Position numbers and translations under genes: made by a program. This document shows, piece after piece, positions 37,505 to 48,486 of a stretch of 64,000 bases of DNA. The notes below the pieces were generated by a model. It did not search any database, was not told where the DNA came from, and saw only the letters and a list, made by a program, of their open reading frames with translations. Location: contig CAZEBS010000005.1 of assembly GCA_964510635.1 (NCBI GenBank), positions 32,016-96,015 on the forward strand, in the 5' to 3' direction. Origin of the DNA: an uncultured Candidatus Bathyarchaeia archaeon. Its GTDB lineage: Archaea > Thermoproteota > Bathyarchaeia > Bathyarchaeales > Bathyarchaeaceae. Numbering within the stretch: the stretch's first letter is position 1; each line of letters begins with the position of its first letter.

Positions 37505-40213
37505 TTATCTCCAGCGCCAAATCTTTCGGTTATAGAAGATTTCAGGCAGTATTAACAGTCCTGATAGCGATAGGGGTATAACTATTGCCCAGTCCTCAAG
37601 TCTTAATGGTACTGTCTCAAATAAGCCTGTGAGAGGCACTAGCATTGTTGCAATTGCTGAGACAACTACAGCGAAGAGTAGCCACTTGTTCGAGGTGAAC
37701 CCAACCCTGAATGCATTCTTTCGTTCTGATCTACAGTTCCAAACAACCATCAATTCACGTATGGTAGCTTGTATGAAAGCCATTGTTTGCGCACGATGAA
37801 AATCGTCACTTCCTGGAACGCCGTCTCCCAACACATAAAACATCACAAAGAACAGGACTCCTGTCCCAAGGAATTGGGTTAAGAAACTCATTATGATCGA
37901 AGCGAACCGTCCATGAAGTATGCCCTCTTTTGGGTCTCGAGGAGGCTTTTCCATCAAGTCTTTCTGGGGCGGGTCTAAGCTCAAAGCTAGGGCGGGACCG
38001 CCATCTGTTATCAGATTTATCCACAGAATCATGCCAGCCGCTAAGGGCAGTTCTAGACCCAGCAAAGCAAAGAGTCCTATAACGAGAAGTTCGTCGAAGT
38101 TGGAACGCAACAGGAAGAAGGAGAATTTCCGTATGTTATCGTATATGGCTCGTCCGCCTTCAACTGCGGTGACAATTGTGGCGAAGTTGTCGTCTGCTAG
38201 CACCATGTCTGCAGCTTCTCGAGTAACGTCGGTTCCTGTTATGCCCATGGCTATGCCGATGTCTGCCTGTTTGAGGGCGGGTGCGTCGTTGACTCCGTCT
38301 CCGGTCATGGCGACGATGTGCCCTTTGTCTTTGAGTGCTTTTACGATTCGAAGTTTGTGTTCAGGAGAAACACGAGCGTAAACAACAGCCTTTTCGACAA
38401 TCTCCTCGAATTCTGCGTCACTCATCTTGTCTAGTTCAGCGCCTGTGAAAGCCAAGTCGCCTTCGTTCATTATGGTTAATTCTTTAGCAATGGCAACTGC
38501 TGTGAGTTTGTGGTCTCCTGTAATCATGACAGTTTTTATGCCTGCTTTCCGGCACAGTTCATTGGCGCCTTTTGCTTCGGCTCTGGGCGGATCAATCATT
38601 CCAGCCAAACCAATGAAAACTAGGTCGCTCTCCACTTTCTCTTCATTATATTTCTTGGTTCCAGTTGTCGGTAACTCTTTGTAGGCTACAGCCAAGACAC
38701 GGAGAGCCTGATTTGCCATCTCCTCGTTTGTCTTTAAGATTTTTTCTTTTTCTTTACTGGTTAGTGTAACTGGTTTGCCATCCTTGAGAATGTATCCTGA
38801 GCGGTCTAAAATGATTTCGACGGCTCCCTTAACGTATGAGAAGACCTGTCCCTCAGGTGAAGTGTGAACTGTCGTCATACGCTTTCTCTCGGAAGTGAAG
38901 GGAACTTCCTGAAGACGGGGACAACTATTATCAAGGTCTTTTTTGGGTATTCCCGCCTTTGCGGCTGCTACAATTAGCGCTCCCTCGGTGGTGTCTCCGA
39001 GTACTTTTTGTCCGTCGTAGCTGGCGTTAGAGCATAATGTGGCAGCCTTCAACAGCAAATCAAGAGATTTATCCTCTTTCGGGTCAATAGAGGCTCCATT
39101 TAGGATGAACTCTCCTTTTGGTTCGTAACCGGCACCGGTCACATCAATCATTTTGTCGTTGGCGTATATTTTGCGCACAGTCATTTCGCCCTTGGTCAAG
39201 GTGCCTGTTTTGTCAGAGCAGATGATGTCTGTGGCGCCCAAAGTTTCTGCGGATGAAAGCTTCCTTATGAGGGCATTACGTTTTGCAAGTTCTCTGGCGC
39301 CTAGGGCAAGGGAGACTGTTACAACAGCAGGTAAGCCTTCAGGAACAGCTGAAACAGCAAGGGCGATTGAGACTTCAAAGGCATTTAGTATATCACCAAT
39401 CCCGCCTCTTCCAAGAACAAAGAGCTCATACAATTCTAGGGCAAAGATGATTGCACACACAACCACAATTATTAATCCCAATTTCTTGGCGAACTTTGCC
39501 AGTTTCTGCTTGAGAGGTGTGTCCACCTTTTCCACGGATTGAACCATTTTGGCGACTTTGCCGAATTCCGTTCCCATACCAGTGGAGGTTATTACGGCTT
39601 TGCCTCTGCCGTAAGTTATGTGGGTTGCCATGAAAACAGAGTTTTTTCTGTCCGCTACAGCCGTTTTTTCGGCAAGAACTTCGTCCATTTTGGACACGGC
39701 TGTAGATTCGCCGGTTAAAATTGCTTCGTCGGTTTTCAGGTCAACAACATCAAGGAGTCGGGCGTCGGCGGGGATACGGTCTCCTGCTTCCAAGAGAACG
39801 ATGTCTCCGGGCACAACATCCCGTGAAGGAATAATCAACTCTTTTCCGTTCCTTAGAACCCTAGCTTTTGGGGCAGTGAGATTTTTCATTGCTTCCATTG
39901 CCTTTTCTGATCGGTATTCCTGAACGAAACCGACTATGGCGTTGAGGATTACAATGACCGCTATGGTTGCGGCGTCTACGAGCTCGTTTATTGCAACAGA
40001 AACGACGATTGCGAACAGAAGCATCATAACGAATATGTCCTTGAATTGACCAAAGAATATCTGAATGGGACTGATCCCTTCTTTGGCCAGAAGCTCGTTG
40101 GGTCCGTACTCTTCGAGTCGACGTTCAGCTTCTTCATCGCTTAAGCCTGCTTCGGTGGATTTCAACGAATCTAGAAGTTTTTCCTTTTCCAGAGCGTGCC
40201 ATTCAGTGCTCAT
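37505..40213 (-). CDS. P-type ATPase, type II (Ca2+/cation-transporting)
   Basis: Motifs TGES, ICSDKTGTLT, MITGDH and MTGDGVNDAPALK, with 10 TM helices. I prefer the ATG at 40213 (MSTEWHALEKEKLLDSL...EAERRLEEYGPNEL) over the track start at 40306. Confidence 0.95.
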   Translation of the reverse strand: MSTEWHALEKEKLLDSLKSTEAGLSDEEAERRLEEYGPNELLAKEGISPIQIFFGQFKDIFVMMLLFAIVVSVAINELVDAATIAVIVILNAIVGFVQEYRSEKAMEAMKNLTAPKARVLRNGKELIIPSRDVVPGDIVLLEAGDRIPADARLLDVVDLKTDEAILTGESTAVSKMDEVLAEKTAVADRKNSVFMATHITYGRGKAVITSTGMGTEFGKVAKMVQSVEKVDTPLKQKLAKFAKKLGLIIVVVCAIIFALELYELFVLGRGGIGDILNAFEVSIALAVSAVPEGLPAVVTVSLALGARELAKRNALIRKLSSAETLGATDIICSDKTGTLTKGEMTVRKIYANDKMIDVTGAGYEPKGEFILNGASIDPKEDKSLDLLLKAATLCSNASYDGQKVLGDTTEGALIVAAAKAGIPKKDLDNSCPRLQEVPFTSERKRMTTVHTSPEGQVFSYVKGAVEIILDRSGYILKDGKPVTLTSKEKEKILKTNEEMANQALRVLAVAYKELPTTGTKKYNEEKVESDLVFIGLAGMIDPPRAEAKGANELCRKAGIKTVMITGDHKLTAVAIAKELTIMNEGDLAFTGAELDKMSDAEFEEIVEKAVVYARVSPEHKLRIVKALKDKGHIVAMTGDGVNDAPALKQADIGIAMGITGTDVTREAADMVLADDNFATIVTAVEGGRAIYDNIRKFSFFLLRSNFDELLVIGLFALLGLELPLAAGMILWINLITDGGPALALSLDPPQKDLMEKPPRDPKEGILHGRFASIIMSFLTQFLGTGVLFFVMFYVLGDGVPGSDDFHRAQTMAFIQATIRELMVVWNCRSERKNAFRVGFTSNKWLLFAVVVSAIATMLVPLTGLFETVPLRLEDWAIVIPLSLSGLLILPEIFYNRKIWRWR

Positions 40214-40456
40214 TTCAACCGCCTTTATTACAGACTGAGAGATTTGAATTTTAAAGGTATCTTCTCTTAAAAAGCATTTCTTACATTTGGCAAAAAAATT
40301 TTTCACAAAATCGCCAAAGTCGGAGTAAATAGCAGAGTTTGAGCTTAGATGGTAAATTATGTTGTGTAAATTGATGATGTTCAGGAGTTCTACGAAAAAC
40401 TTAAAGCAAACAACCTTAGACCCTAATAGTTCTAAAATGAGGATGGTTTAATTACG

Positions 40457-42499
40457 ATGATAATTGATTGGACAATTGCGCCGATTACTGCTGCAGTGTC
40501 AGTATTAGTAGCAATTTATCTTTATTTCTACATTAACAGACAAAGTAGCGGAACAGAAAAGATGCAGGAAATTTCGAACGCCATAGCGGAGGGCGCCAAA
40601 GCATTCCTCAAAGTGGAGTTCAAATATCTCGGAGCTTTCGTTGCTGTAGTAGCCATAGTATTAGCAATATTTCTTAACCCGATTATGGCAGTAGCCTACG
40701 TTTTTGGTTCAATATGTTCTGCGGTTGCAGGTGTGCTGGGAATGACAGTTGCACTGAAAGCAAACGTCAGGTCAGCAAACGCAGCAAAAGAGGGACTTAA
40801 CAAAGCCTTTCCCATAGCTTTCCGTGGAGGAGCAGTTATGGGCTTAGCCGTAGTTGGATTGGCTTTGCTTGGATTAAGTCTTGTTTATGCTGTAACTGGT
40901 GACCCAGAACTTGTTCTTGGCTTCAGCTTTGGAGCAAGCGCAATGGCACTGTTCGCCAAAATTGGAGGTGGAATCTACACTAAAACTGCTGATGTTGGCG
41001 CAGACCTAGTAGGCAAAGTGGAGATGAACATACCAGAAGACGATCCTAGAAACCCTGGTGTAATCGCCGATAATGTTGGCGATAACGTTGGTGACGTCGC
41101 AGGCATGGGCGCAGATCTTTTCGACTCTTACGTGGCAAGCATTGTTGCAGTTATGACACTTGGCGGAGCTGATGCCCTAGTTGGTTTTGGCTTTAAGTGG
41201 ATATCTTTTGTTGACGTGCCGCTGGTGTTTGCTGGACTTGGAGTTGTAGCTTCAATTTTGGGAGTTGCAATAGTTCGAGTGGGCAAAAAAGGAAACCCCG
41301 GAACGGCACTCAATTTGGGAACATACCTGACATGCATCATCTTTGGTCTACTTACGCTTGGAGCGACATTTTATCTAGAAATTAACATTGGCGCTTGGGC
41401 AGCAGCAGTCATTGGATTGGTTGGCGGTGTAGTAATTGGAATCACAACAGACTACTTCACTTCGATAGACAAGTTTCCAGTAATCAAAACAGCTGAAGCA
41501 TCACAGACAGGCTCTGCAGTCAACATAATCACAGGCTTTTCCTACGGACTGCTAAGCATGTTCCCGGCACTGCTAGGAATTGCTTTTGCATCTGTAGGCT
41601 CATACAAAGTAGCTGAATATTTCATTCAGGCAGAGGGAGCAGGGGTTTATGGCATCGGCATGGCAGCAGTTGGAATGCTGTCGATTGTTGGCATGATTGT
41701 AGCAGGCGACGCTTTCGGACCTATTTCTGATAACGCAGGCGGAATTGCAGAACAGGCAGGACTAGAAGAAGAAGTTCTTGACATTACTGCAAGTCTTGAT
41801 GCAGCGGGCAATACGGCTAAGGCCATAACCAAAGGTTTTGCTATTGGAGCAGCAGGATTAACAGTTATTGCGTTGCTTGCAGCGTTCCAAGAGATAGTTC
41901 AATCCGAAACGGGTACAATGATTACCTTTGATTTGATGGACCCGTTGGTTTTGACTGGTGCCCTTATTGGTATTGCGATACCGGCAGTGTTTTCGGCGAT
42001 GGTAATGCTCAGTGTTGGCAAAAACGCGTTCATTATGATTGAAGAAATCCGCAGACAATTCAAAGAGATTCCTGGTTTGCTAGAAGGCAAAGAAGGCGTT
42101 AAGGCAGATTATGCATCCTGTGTTAACATTGCCACGAAAGGTGCACTAAAAGAGTTGATTCCTCCAAGCGTTCTTTCTATCGGCATCACTTTGGCGGTAG
42201 GATTCATTGGCGGAATACAGGCACTGGGCGGCTATCTGGCAGGAAGCATCTTCTCGGGGCTCATCTTTGCCCTGTTGATGTCTAACGCTGGCGGACTATG
42301 GGACAATGCGAAGAAGTACATTGAGGCGGGCGCCTTTGGCGGTAAAGGCTCAGAGCCTCACAAGGCTGCTGTTGTAGGCGACACTGTCGGAGACCCATTC
42401 AAGGACACTGCGGGACCGTCATTGAATACGCTGATAACTGTGATGTCTCTGGTAGCTTCAGTGTTTGCTCCAACAATAGTGCTGTACGCGCTGATGTAG
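40457..42499 (+). CDS. hppA: membrane H+-translocating pyrophosphatase; a Lys in GNTAKA suggests the K+-independent type
   Basis: [29 protein letters not shown] and [11 protein letters not shown]. The K+-independence call is an inference from the A/K determinant position. Confidence 0.95.
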   Translation: MIIDWTIAPITAAVSVLVAIYLYFYINRQSSGTEKMQEISNAIAEGAKAFLKVEFKYLGAFVAVVAIVLAIFLNPIMAVAYVFGSICSAVAGVLGMTVALKANVRSANAAKEGLNKAFPIAFRGGAVMGLAVVGLALLGLSLVYAVTGDPELVLGFSFGASAMALFAKIGGGIYTKTADVGADLVGKVEMNIPEDDPRNPGVIADNVGDNVGDVAGMGADLFDSYVASIVAVMTLGGADALVGFGFKWISFVDVPLVFAGLGVVASILGVAIVRVGKKGNPGTALNLGTYLTCIIFGLLTLGATFYLEINIGAWAAAVIGLVGGVVIGITTDYFTSIDKFPVIKTAEASQTGSAVNIITGFSYGLLSMFPALLGIAFASVGSYKVAEYFIQAEGAGVYGIGMAAVGMLSIVGMIVAGDAFGPISDNAGGIAEQAGLEEEVLDITASLDAAGNTAKAITKGFAIGAAGLTVIALLAAFQEIVQSETGTMITFDLMDPLVLTGALIGIAIPAVFSAMVMLSVGKNAFIMIEEIRRQFKEIPGLLEGKEGVKADYASCVNIATKGALKELIPPSVLSIGITLAVGFIGGIQALGGYLAGSIFSGLIFALLMSNAGGLWDNAKKYIEAGAFGGKGSEPHKAAVVGDTVGDPFKDTAGPSLNTLITVMSLVASVFAPTIVLYALM

Positions 42500-42508
42500 A
42501 AAACGCAT

Positions 42509-43306
42509 CTAAATGGATGATTTACCGAGGAAATTCCAATCCTCGGTCACAAACCTTTCTTTTCTTATTTTTTCAGCAAGCTTCTGCTCATATTCTGTAA
42601 GTGTTTCTTCAATAAACTGTACACCTAAGGCTTTCTCGAAGCCCTTAACCAGAGCTTGGTATGCGTCTTCTGTAGAGAACTGTGAATTGAGTTCTTGTCT
42701 TGTGGAGGTCAGCTTTCTCTTTGAAACCTTTAGTACGTCATCTAACGTTTTTGCCCAAGGAACCTTCAGAAAAGTGAACATTCTTGTGTGGTCAATGTCC
42801 AGCAGGAAGGTTCCGTGCTGTAGCAACACGCCTTTTTTGCATGATTGGGCGTTTCCAGAGATTTTTTTTCCTTTTATTGTGAGGTTGGGGCACCGCTTTG
42901 GGTCTGGTGGACGGTACTCGGCTTTTGCTCCAAGGATTTTGACTGCTTCATTGAGTCCGCGGCATATTTTCTGGTATGCACCAGGCATGTCTAGGGTTTT
43001 GCATCCTAAGTCGTTTAGTTTGGCTGTTATGCTGTAGGTGATTTCGCCTTCTGAGTCGTGGTATACGGCTCCGCCGCCGCTTGTTCTTCGTACAATGTCT
43101 ACGCCGTGTTTTCTGCAGTTATCCACATGAACTTCGTTGTCTAGTTTTTGGAAGCGTCCTATGGAGACGGCTGAGGGATTCCACCTGTAGAAGCGGAGGG
43201 TGTTGGGGACTCTGTTTTCGATTCTGGCTTTCATGATTGCTTCGTCGACTGCCATGTTTGTATACGCGTCTGATGTTTGGGGTTTAAGCAGTCTCCAGTG
43301 GTTCAT
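42509..43306 (-). CDS. lplA: lipoate-protein ligase A family protein
   Basis: [34 protein letters not shown] and LQHGT. I prefer the start at the ATG at 43306 (MNHWRLL, GAGG upstream). The track start at 43405 runs into repeat copy B. Confidence 0.9.
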   Translation of the reverse strand: MNHWRLLKPQTSDAYTNMAVDEAIMKARIENRVPNTLRFYRWNPSAVSIGRFQKLDNEVHVDNCRKHGVDIVRRTSGGGAVYHDSEGEITYSITAKLNDLGCKTLDMPGAYQKICRGLNEAVKILGAKAEYRPPDPKRCPNLTIKGKKISGNAQSCKKGVLLQHGTFLLDIDHTRMFTFLKVPWAKTLDDVLKVSKRKLTSTRQELNSQFSTEDAYQALVKGFEKALGVQFIEETLTEYEQKLAEKIRKERFVTEDWNFLGKSSI

Positions 43307-43383
43307 CTTTGCTGCCTCAGCAGGGTAAAAATGTGCGGAGGCTTTTAAACTTGAAGCATAGAATGCGATGATTTCGTGCTGTG

Positions 43384-43455
43384 CAGAAAAATTCAGAAAA
43401 AACATTTTTTCAACAATCTTCTGCTATTAGGCTCCAAATATGATGGTAGGTGATT
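43384..43455. repeat. copy B of the three-copy intergenic element (palindrome TATTAGG-CT-CCAAATA at 43425-43440)
   Basis: Hand alignment with copies A and C. Confidence 0.7.
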
Positions 43456-43776
43456 GTTTAGGTTATAGTTAATCAGCACCGAATCTTGAATATGTGATTC
43501 GATGATTTTATGGCAATAGTTAAATGCCACTGTTTTCTAGTATCTGCTCTAACAAATTCAAGGGCTCCTCTCAAGATGACAGTGTTACAGCAGACCCCGA
43601 AGCAATACATTGTATCGCCCACCTCAGCCTTATCGTATGTGCTCAGTTTCTTCACATCCACATGCCTACAAAAAGTCACAACTTATATTGCAGGCACCGC
43701 AAACACATTTCGAGAAGGAGTCATAAGCACTTCAAACTGCAAAACCCAAAAGTTGGTTAAAAAGTAAGGTGTTCTG

Positions 43777-45111
43777 ATGGCAAGCGAAATCGAAACAGGA
43801 ACAAGGTACATTCCTGAAATGTCCAAGAAAGAGATCGAGGAACTGGGGAACTCAATCAAAGCTTCATCCATTAAGGTGATTGAGGACAACATCGAAAGAA
43901 TGAAAAAAGCATGGAAGAACCGACCTGAAGCCATGGAGTATTTCGATGAAATCTCAAACTTGTTTGGGCGCCGCGAAAAAGAGATTCGTGAACAGAAAGC
44001 GGCTGGAAAAAAGGTCATCGGCTACTCCTGCATTCTTGCTCCCATTGAACTGATTCTGGCTGCCGACGCAATTCCAGTTCGCATAGGCTCAGGATGGTAC
44101 GACACAGCAAAACTTGGAGACCGAATCATGCCAGTTGAAATCTGCCCAGTGATACGCTCTACGGTCGGCGCAAAAATGGTAAGTCTAAGCCCATATCTTG
44201 AACTCAGCGACGCCATAATAATGCCCCTCACATGCGACGGCAGAACCAAACTTAGCGAAATGCTGTCAGACTTCAAGCCAATATGGTACATGAATCCTCC
44301 CCGAGTCAAAGATGACTCCCACACCTTGGACATGTGGAAAGAGGAAATCATGGTAATCAAAGAAAAAATCGAGAAACTGACAGGAAACAAGATTAACAGA
44401 CAAAAACTCAAAGAAGCAATAGAGACAATGCAACAAGCAACAAAGGCGTTCCGTAGGCTGCAGGAGTTTCGGAAAGGAAATCCAGTCATAAATGGAAGAG
44501 ACGCAATGCTTGTGAACCAAACAAGCCTCTGGGACGACATTAAACGTTGGACCCAAAAAGTGAATGAACTGTGTGATGAACTGGAAAAACGCCTTGAGCA
44601 AAAGGAGTATTCTTCGTATCCTGACACATCAAGAGTTATGATTACGGGAACCCCAATGTTGTGGCCTGACAGCTGGAAGGTTCCGAACCTAATCGAAGAG
44701 TCTAACCCCCAAGGCATTGTGGTTGTGGATGAGCAATGTTCAGGAGACAGAATTCTCTATGACCCAGTTGGAGTAGATGAGTGGACAATGAGTGACATGT
44801 TGACTGCAGTAAGCGAAAGATACCTTATGGCATGCACGTGTCCCTGCTTTACTTCAGAACACGGAAACGAGGACCGAATCAACTGGATTATCGACAGAAT
44901 TAAAGAGTACAAGGTTGACGGCGTAATCTACTACGTGGTCAGAGGCTGCATCCTCTACGCCATGGAATACGCCCGAATCAAGCGTGTCCTCGACAAAATG
45001 AACATACCCGTTTACTATCTTGACACAGAGTACACCCGAGAAGACGTCGGACAGATGAAAACAAGGGTTGAAGCTTTCCTGGAGATGCTCGAAGCAAGGA
45101 TGGACATTTGA
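43777..45111 (+). CDS. 2-hydroxyacyl-CoA dehydratase / benzoyl-CoA reductase B/C / double-cubane-cluster protein family
   Basis: At 444 aa, the length and layout are typical of the HgdB/BcrB family. Conserved-looking Cys sit in GYSCILAP, EICPV, LTCDG, EQCSGD, CTCPCF and RGCILY. Two activase genes follow. Confidence 0.8.
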   Translation: MASEIETGTRYIPEMSKKEIEELGNSIKASSIKVIEDNIERMKKAWKNRPEAMEYFDEISNLFGRREKEIREQKAAGKKVIGYSCILAPIELILAADAIPVRIGSGWYDTAKLGDRIMPVEICPVIRSTVGAKMVSLSPYLELSDAIIMPLTCDGRTKLSEMLSDFKPIWYMNPPRVKDDSHTLDMWKEEIMVIKEKIEKLTGNKINRQKLKEAIETMQQATKAFRRLQEFRKGNPVINGRDAMLVNQTSLWDDIKRWTQKVNELCDELEKRLEQKEYSSYPDTSRVMITGTPMLWPDSWKVPNLIEESNPQGIVVVDEQCSGDRILYDPVGVDEWTMSDMLTAVSERYLMACTCPCFTSEHGNEDRINWIIDRIKEYKVDGVIYYVVRGCILYAMEYARIKRVLDKMNIPVYYLDTEYTREDVGQMKTRVEAFLEMLEARMDI

Positions 45112-45125
45112 GGAGACAAAAGTAG

Positions 45126-45908
45126 ATGATTTCTGCTGGAATGGACTTAGGAACCCAGAGAGTGAAAGTAGTCATCCTGAAAGACAACCAGATAATAGCA
45201 AAAAGCCAACAATTTTCAGGATTTGAACCAACCAAAGCCGCTGAACAAGCCCTCCAAGAGGCACTACAGAACGCCAAACTATCCCGCGAAGACATACAAC
45301 ACATCACAGCAACAGGCGCAGGAGTAAACATGGCTCCCTCCGCAGACAGCACAATAAGCATGATGGGAGCAGACGCCAGAGCAGGAGCCTACTATTTTCC
45401 GTCAGCAAGAACAGTGATAGATATTGGAGCTGAGGACGCCCGGGCAGTAAAATGCGACGAAAGAGGAGTTATGCTGGATTTTGTTGTGAACGCAAGGTGT
45501 GCAGCTGGAGCAGGCACATTCATCGAGGCTATGGCAAGAGCCTTAGAAGTTGAGTTAGAGGATTTGGGCTCCCTGTCCCTGAAGGCAGAAAGAGCAAGCC
45601 CCATAAACGCCAGTTGCGTAATCTTCGCAGAGTCTGACGTTGTTTCCCTGATTCACAAAGACGAACCGAAAACTGAAATCGCCCGAGCCATCTTCGACGC
45701 CATGGCTGAACGGGTTGCCTCCATGGTGCTTCGGTTGGGAATAAATCAGGACATTGTTCTTGTTGGGGGAGTGGGCAAAGATGAGGGGTTCGTTGCTTCT
45801 CTTAAGAGGAGACTGGGAACAGAAATACTGATACCAGAGGACCCAATATACGCTGGCGCGGTGGGCGCCGCCTTAGTTGCCGCCAAAAGAGCTGCGAGGA
45901 GGCGATAG
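45126..45908 (+). CDS. BcrAD/BadFG-type activase ATPase (acyl-CoA dehydratase activator-like)
   Basis: The ASKHA fold starts with GMDLGTQRVKVV. Cluster-bridging Cys are in NARCAAGAGTF and INASCVIFAESD. Confidence 0.9.
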   Translation: MISAGMDLGTQRVKVVILKDNQIIAKSQQFSGFEPTKAAEQALQEALQNAKLSREDIQHITATGAGVNMAPSADSTISMMGADARAGAYYFPSARTVIDIGAEDARAVKCDERGVMLDFVVNARCAAGAGTFIEAMARALEVELEDLGSLSLKAERASPINASCVIFAESDVVSLIHKDEPKTEIARAIFDAMAERVASMVLRLGINQDIVLVGGVGKDEGFVASLKRRLGTEILIPEDPIYAGAVGAALVAAKRAARRR

Positions 45909-45912
45909 AGAG

Positions 45913-46815
45913 ATGGAGAACAAGGAAGGAAAACAGGAATACTGGAGATGGCTTGAATACCGCAGTGTTATGCCAGGCAAAAACTGGGAGAACGCTGAAG
46001 TATTAACCGCTGGAGTGGACGTTGGTTCTGTGGGCTCCAAGGCAGTTGTCATGGCGGATGGAGAAATTTATTCGTGGAGTGTAATGCGGACTGGTTCTAA
46101 CAGCTCTGACAGCGCCAAGAAAGTGCTGGAATGGGCAATGGAAGATACTGGGATGTCCGTCAAGGACCTCAACTACATTGTAGGAACAGGCTACGGCAGA
46201 GTTAACGTTCCCATGGCTAACAAAGCCATCACAGAAATCGCGTGTCACGCCAAAGGCGCTAACCACATCTGGGGACCTACAGTAAGAACAGTGCTGGATG
46301 TAGGCGGACAGGACGTCAAGGCAATCCGAGTTGACGAGACAGGCAAAGTAGTCTCTTTCCTGATGAACGACAAGTGCGCCGCAGGCACAGGACGAGGAAT
46401 GGAAGTCATCGCTGACCTCCTGCAGATACCCATCGAAGAGGTCGGCAAAGTATCCCTGAGCGTAACCGAAGACCCCAAACCAGTCAGCAGCACCTGCGTA
46501 GTGTTTGCGAAGACTGAAGCGGTTGGACTGTTACGTCAAGGATGGACAAAAGAAAAAGTGTTAGCAGCATACATGAGAGCCATGGCTATCAGAATGAGCG
46601 AGCTAATAGAAAAGGTGGGTTGCGAAAGGGACTTTGTCATAACTGGGGGACAATCCAAAAACATCGGAATAGTACACAGAGTAGAAGAAATCTTAGGAGT
46701 CAAACGGCTTCCAGTTCCAAACCTAGAGCAGACTGGACTTGACCCCGTTTCTGCTGGCGCAATAGGAGCAGCCCTGTATGCCAAGGCACTACACGAAAAA
46801 TCCCTTAGACGTTGA
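45913..46815 (+). CDS. second BcrAD/BadFG-type activase ATPase
   Basis: GVDVGSVGSKAVV, NDKCAAGTGRG and SSTCVVFAKTE. I prefer the ATG at 45913 over the TTG at 45877. Confidence 0.9.
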   Translation: MENKEGKQEYWRWLEYRSVMPGKNWENAEVLTAGVDVGSVGSKAVVMADGEIYSWSVMRTGSNSSDSAKKVLEWAMEDTGMSVKDLNYIVGTGYGRVNVPMANKAITEIACHAKGANHIWGPTVRTVLDVGGQDVKAIRVDETGKVVSFLMNDKCAAGTGRGMEVIADLLQIPIEEVGKVSLSVTEDPKPVSSTCVVFAKTEAVGLLRQGWTKEKVLAAYMRAMAIRMSELIEKVGCERDFVITGGQSKNIGIVHRVEEILGVKRLPVPNLEQTGLDPVSAGAIGAALYAKALHEKSLRR

Positions 46816-47123
46816 GGGTGATAAAAGTAATAACATATTATGGCTACCAAGACGGATCAGGCGAATACTATATCGTAATTGACGCAGAAAGATGCAACAG
46901 CTGCGGCGAATGCATAAAACAGTGTCCGCAGGGTGCCCTAAAAATGGAGACCATGTTCATTGACCTTGAGGACAAAGAGGTAGCCGCAGTCACAGAAGAG
47001 CACCGCAAAAAAATCAGATACACATGCGCTCCCTGCAAACCCGAAAACGCTGTTGTGCCTTGCGTCAAAGCCTGTGACCAAAAGGCAATAACATGTATCT
47101 GGAAGCCCATGAACGGAAAATGA
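46812..47123 (+). CDS. small ferredoxin-like 4Fe-4S protein
   Basis: CNSCGECIKQCP plus a second irregular Cys group, CAPCKP...PCVKACD. Confidence 0.65.
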   Translation: MRVIKVITYYGYQDGSGEYYIVIDAERCNSCGECIKQCPQGALKMETMFIDLEDKEVAAVTEEHRKKIRYTCAPCKPENAVVPCVKACDQKAITCIWKPMNGK

Positions 47124-47220
47124 ACAGGAACAAGGCACACAATATTATACCTTGGAAAATAGTATCCAAAGATATTGCAAAAACGAAGGACAGAAAGTGA
47201 ACCAAAAAAAGGATGAAGTA

Positions 47221-48234
47221 ATGGGTTGCCCAGTCCCAAAAGTAAACGATGTGATGAAAGAGTCATGGGACTACCTGATAGTTTTGGATGCTTGCAGACA
47301 TGATTATTTTAAACTTGAGTATGAAAAATTTTTTCAGGGCGAGTTAGAGAACCGTATATCCTTGGGTTCAGCAACATCAGAATGGTGTCGAAAACAGTTC
47401 AAAGGCTACTTCCCTGATGTAATATATGTTTCTGGAAACCCATATATCAACTCGAGAAAAGCAATTGCAGGGTTTGATGCCAAGAAACATTTTTACAAGG
47501 TCATAGATGTTTGGGATTTCGGATGGAATGAAGAATTGTGGACAGTACCCCCAGAAGAGGTTACTGCTGCGACGTTAAATTTAATCGGCAAATTCCCAAA
47601 AAAGAGGGGGATAATTCATTATCTGCAACCTCACGTTCCTTATATCTCACCAAAATTCAAGATAAACCTCAAAGGTGCACCGGTTATAACTGGATGGCGC
47701 AATCACGCCCGGAACTCCAACTTAGGTGAATCAAAAGTTAAGAGATGGTTGAAAAGCCTAGTGAATAAAATTTCGAGAATTTTAAAACACCATATACATG
47801 TCCTATTCATAAAGATTGGGCTTAACCGCCAATACGAATTGCGGAAACTGTTTGGTTTGCCTCCCGCTAGACCAATGGAGGCCACGTGGAGATTGTATGG
47901 CGTAAAAGGACTCAGAGAAGCTTACAACGAAAACCTCAAAATTGTTTTGGAACACGTAACCGTATTATGTATGGAAATACTGCGCCATAAACCGTCAGCA
48001 CAGATAGTAGTTACTGCAGATCATGGTGACCTCCTAGGAGAAAACGGAAATTTTGATCACTACCCTGGAAGTAAGGATTTGGTGCTGTTAGAAGTTCCTT
48101 GGCTAAAAGTCAAAAGTGTAAAAAAGTCTGGAATCACACAGTTGCACACATCTTTCACTAAACCTGTTGAAGGAAGTTATAGAACAACATTAAAGGAAAA
48201 AATAAAAAGAATGAAAAAATCAGGAAAAATTTAG
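47221..48234 (+). CDS. alkaline-phosphatase-superfamily protein (sulfatase/phosphodiesterase-like), function unknown
   Basis: LIVLDACRHDYF, HYLQPHVPY and VTADHGDLLGENG resemble the metal-site motifs of this superfamily. The start is uncertain (TTG 47152 or ATG 47221). Confidence 0.5.
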   Translation: MGCPVPKVNDVMKESWDYLIVLDACRHDYFKLEYEKFFQGELENRISLGSATSEWCRKQFKGYFPDVIYVSGNPYINSRKAIAGFDAKKHFYKVIDVWDFGWNEELWTVPPEEVTAATLNLIGKFPKKRGIIHYLQPHVPYISPKFKINLKGAPVITGWRNHARNSNLGESKVKRWLKSLVNKISRILKHHIHVLFIKIGLNRQYELRKLFGLPPARPMEATWRLYGVKGLREAYNENLKIVLEHVTVLCMEILRHKPSAQIVVTADHGDLLGENGNFDHYPGSKDLVLLEVPWLKVKSVKKSGITQLHTSFTKPVEGSYRTTLKEKIKRMKKSGKI

Positions 48235-48270
48235 TGAATCACGCACACACAACAAAAGTTGCTCTAAATG

Positions 48271-48486
48271 CTAAAAGTAACCCAAGTTTTTCAATCGCTT
48301 TTTGATTTGTTCTTTGTCATTGCAGTTTCTTTGTTCATTATTTTCCTCTTCGCTCACAACTTCTCTTAGAACAAAATCAATGTAATCTTCTACGCTCCTG
48401 AACTCTCCACCGCTTTCATTAACCCTAGACTTAACCAATTCATACAAATTCTTTGAAACATTAACAGTAACGTGGTCTTCACTCAT
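48271..48486 (-). CDS. ribbon-helix-helix (CopG-like) protein
   Basis: MSEDHVTVNVSKNLYELVKSRVNESGGEFRSVEDYIDFVLREV resembles the protein at 14269-14439. GAGGTG lies 6 nt upstream of the ATG at 48486. Confidence 0.55.
   Translation of the reverse strand: MSEDHVTVNVSKNLYELVKSRVNESGGEFRSVEDYIDFVLREVVSEEENNEQRNCNDKEQIKKRLKNLGYF

Noticed and set aside
40360-40440. Possible C/D-box sRNA (TGATGA at 40366) upstream of the PPase gene
   Set aside because: There is no CTGA D box at the expected distance and no terminal stem. A similar ATGATG string near 32750 also lacks partner boxes.
43473-43767. 68-85-aa ORFs on both strands between lplA and the dehydratase gene
   Set aside because: They are mutually overlapping, have no RBS or motif, and partly coincide with repeat copy B. 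They are more likely non-coding regulatory DNA.
44022-44717. 231-aa minus-strand ORF
   Set aside because: It is antisense to the dehydratase-family gene. It has a Ser/Phe-rich junk composition.
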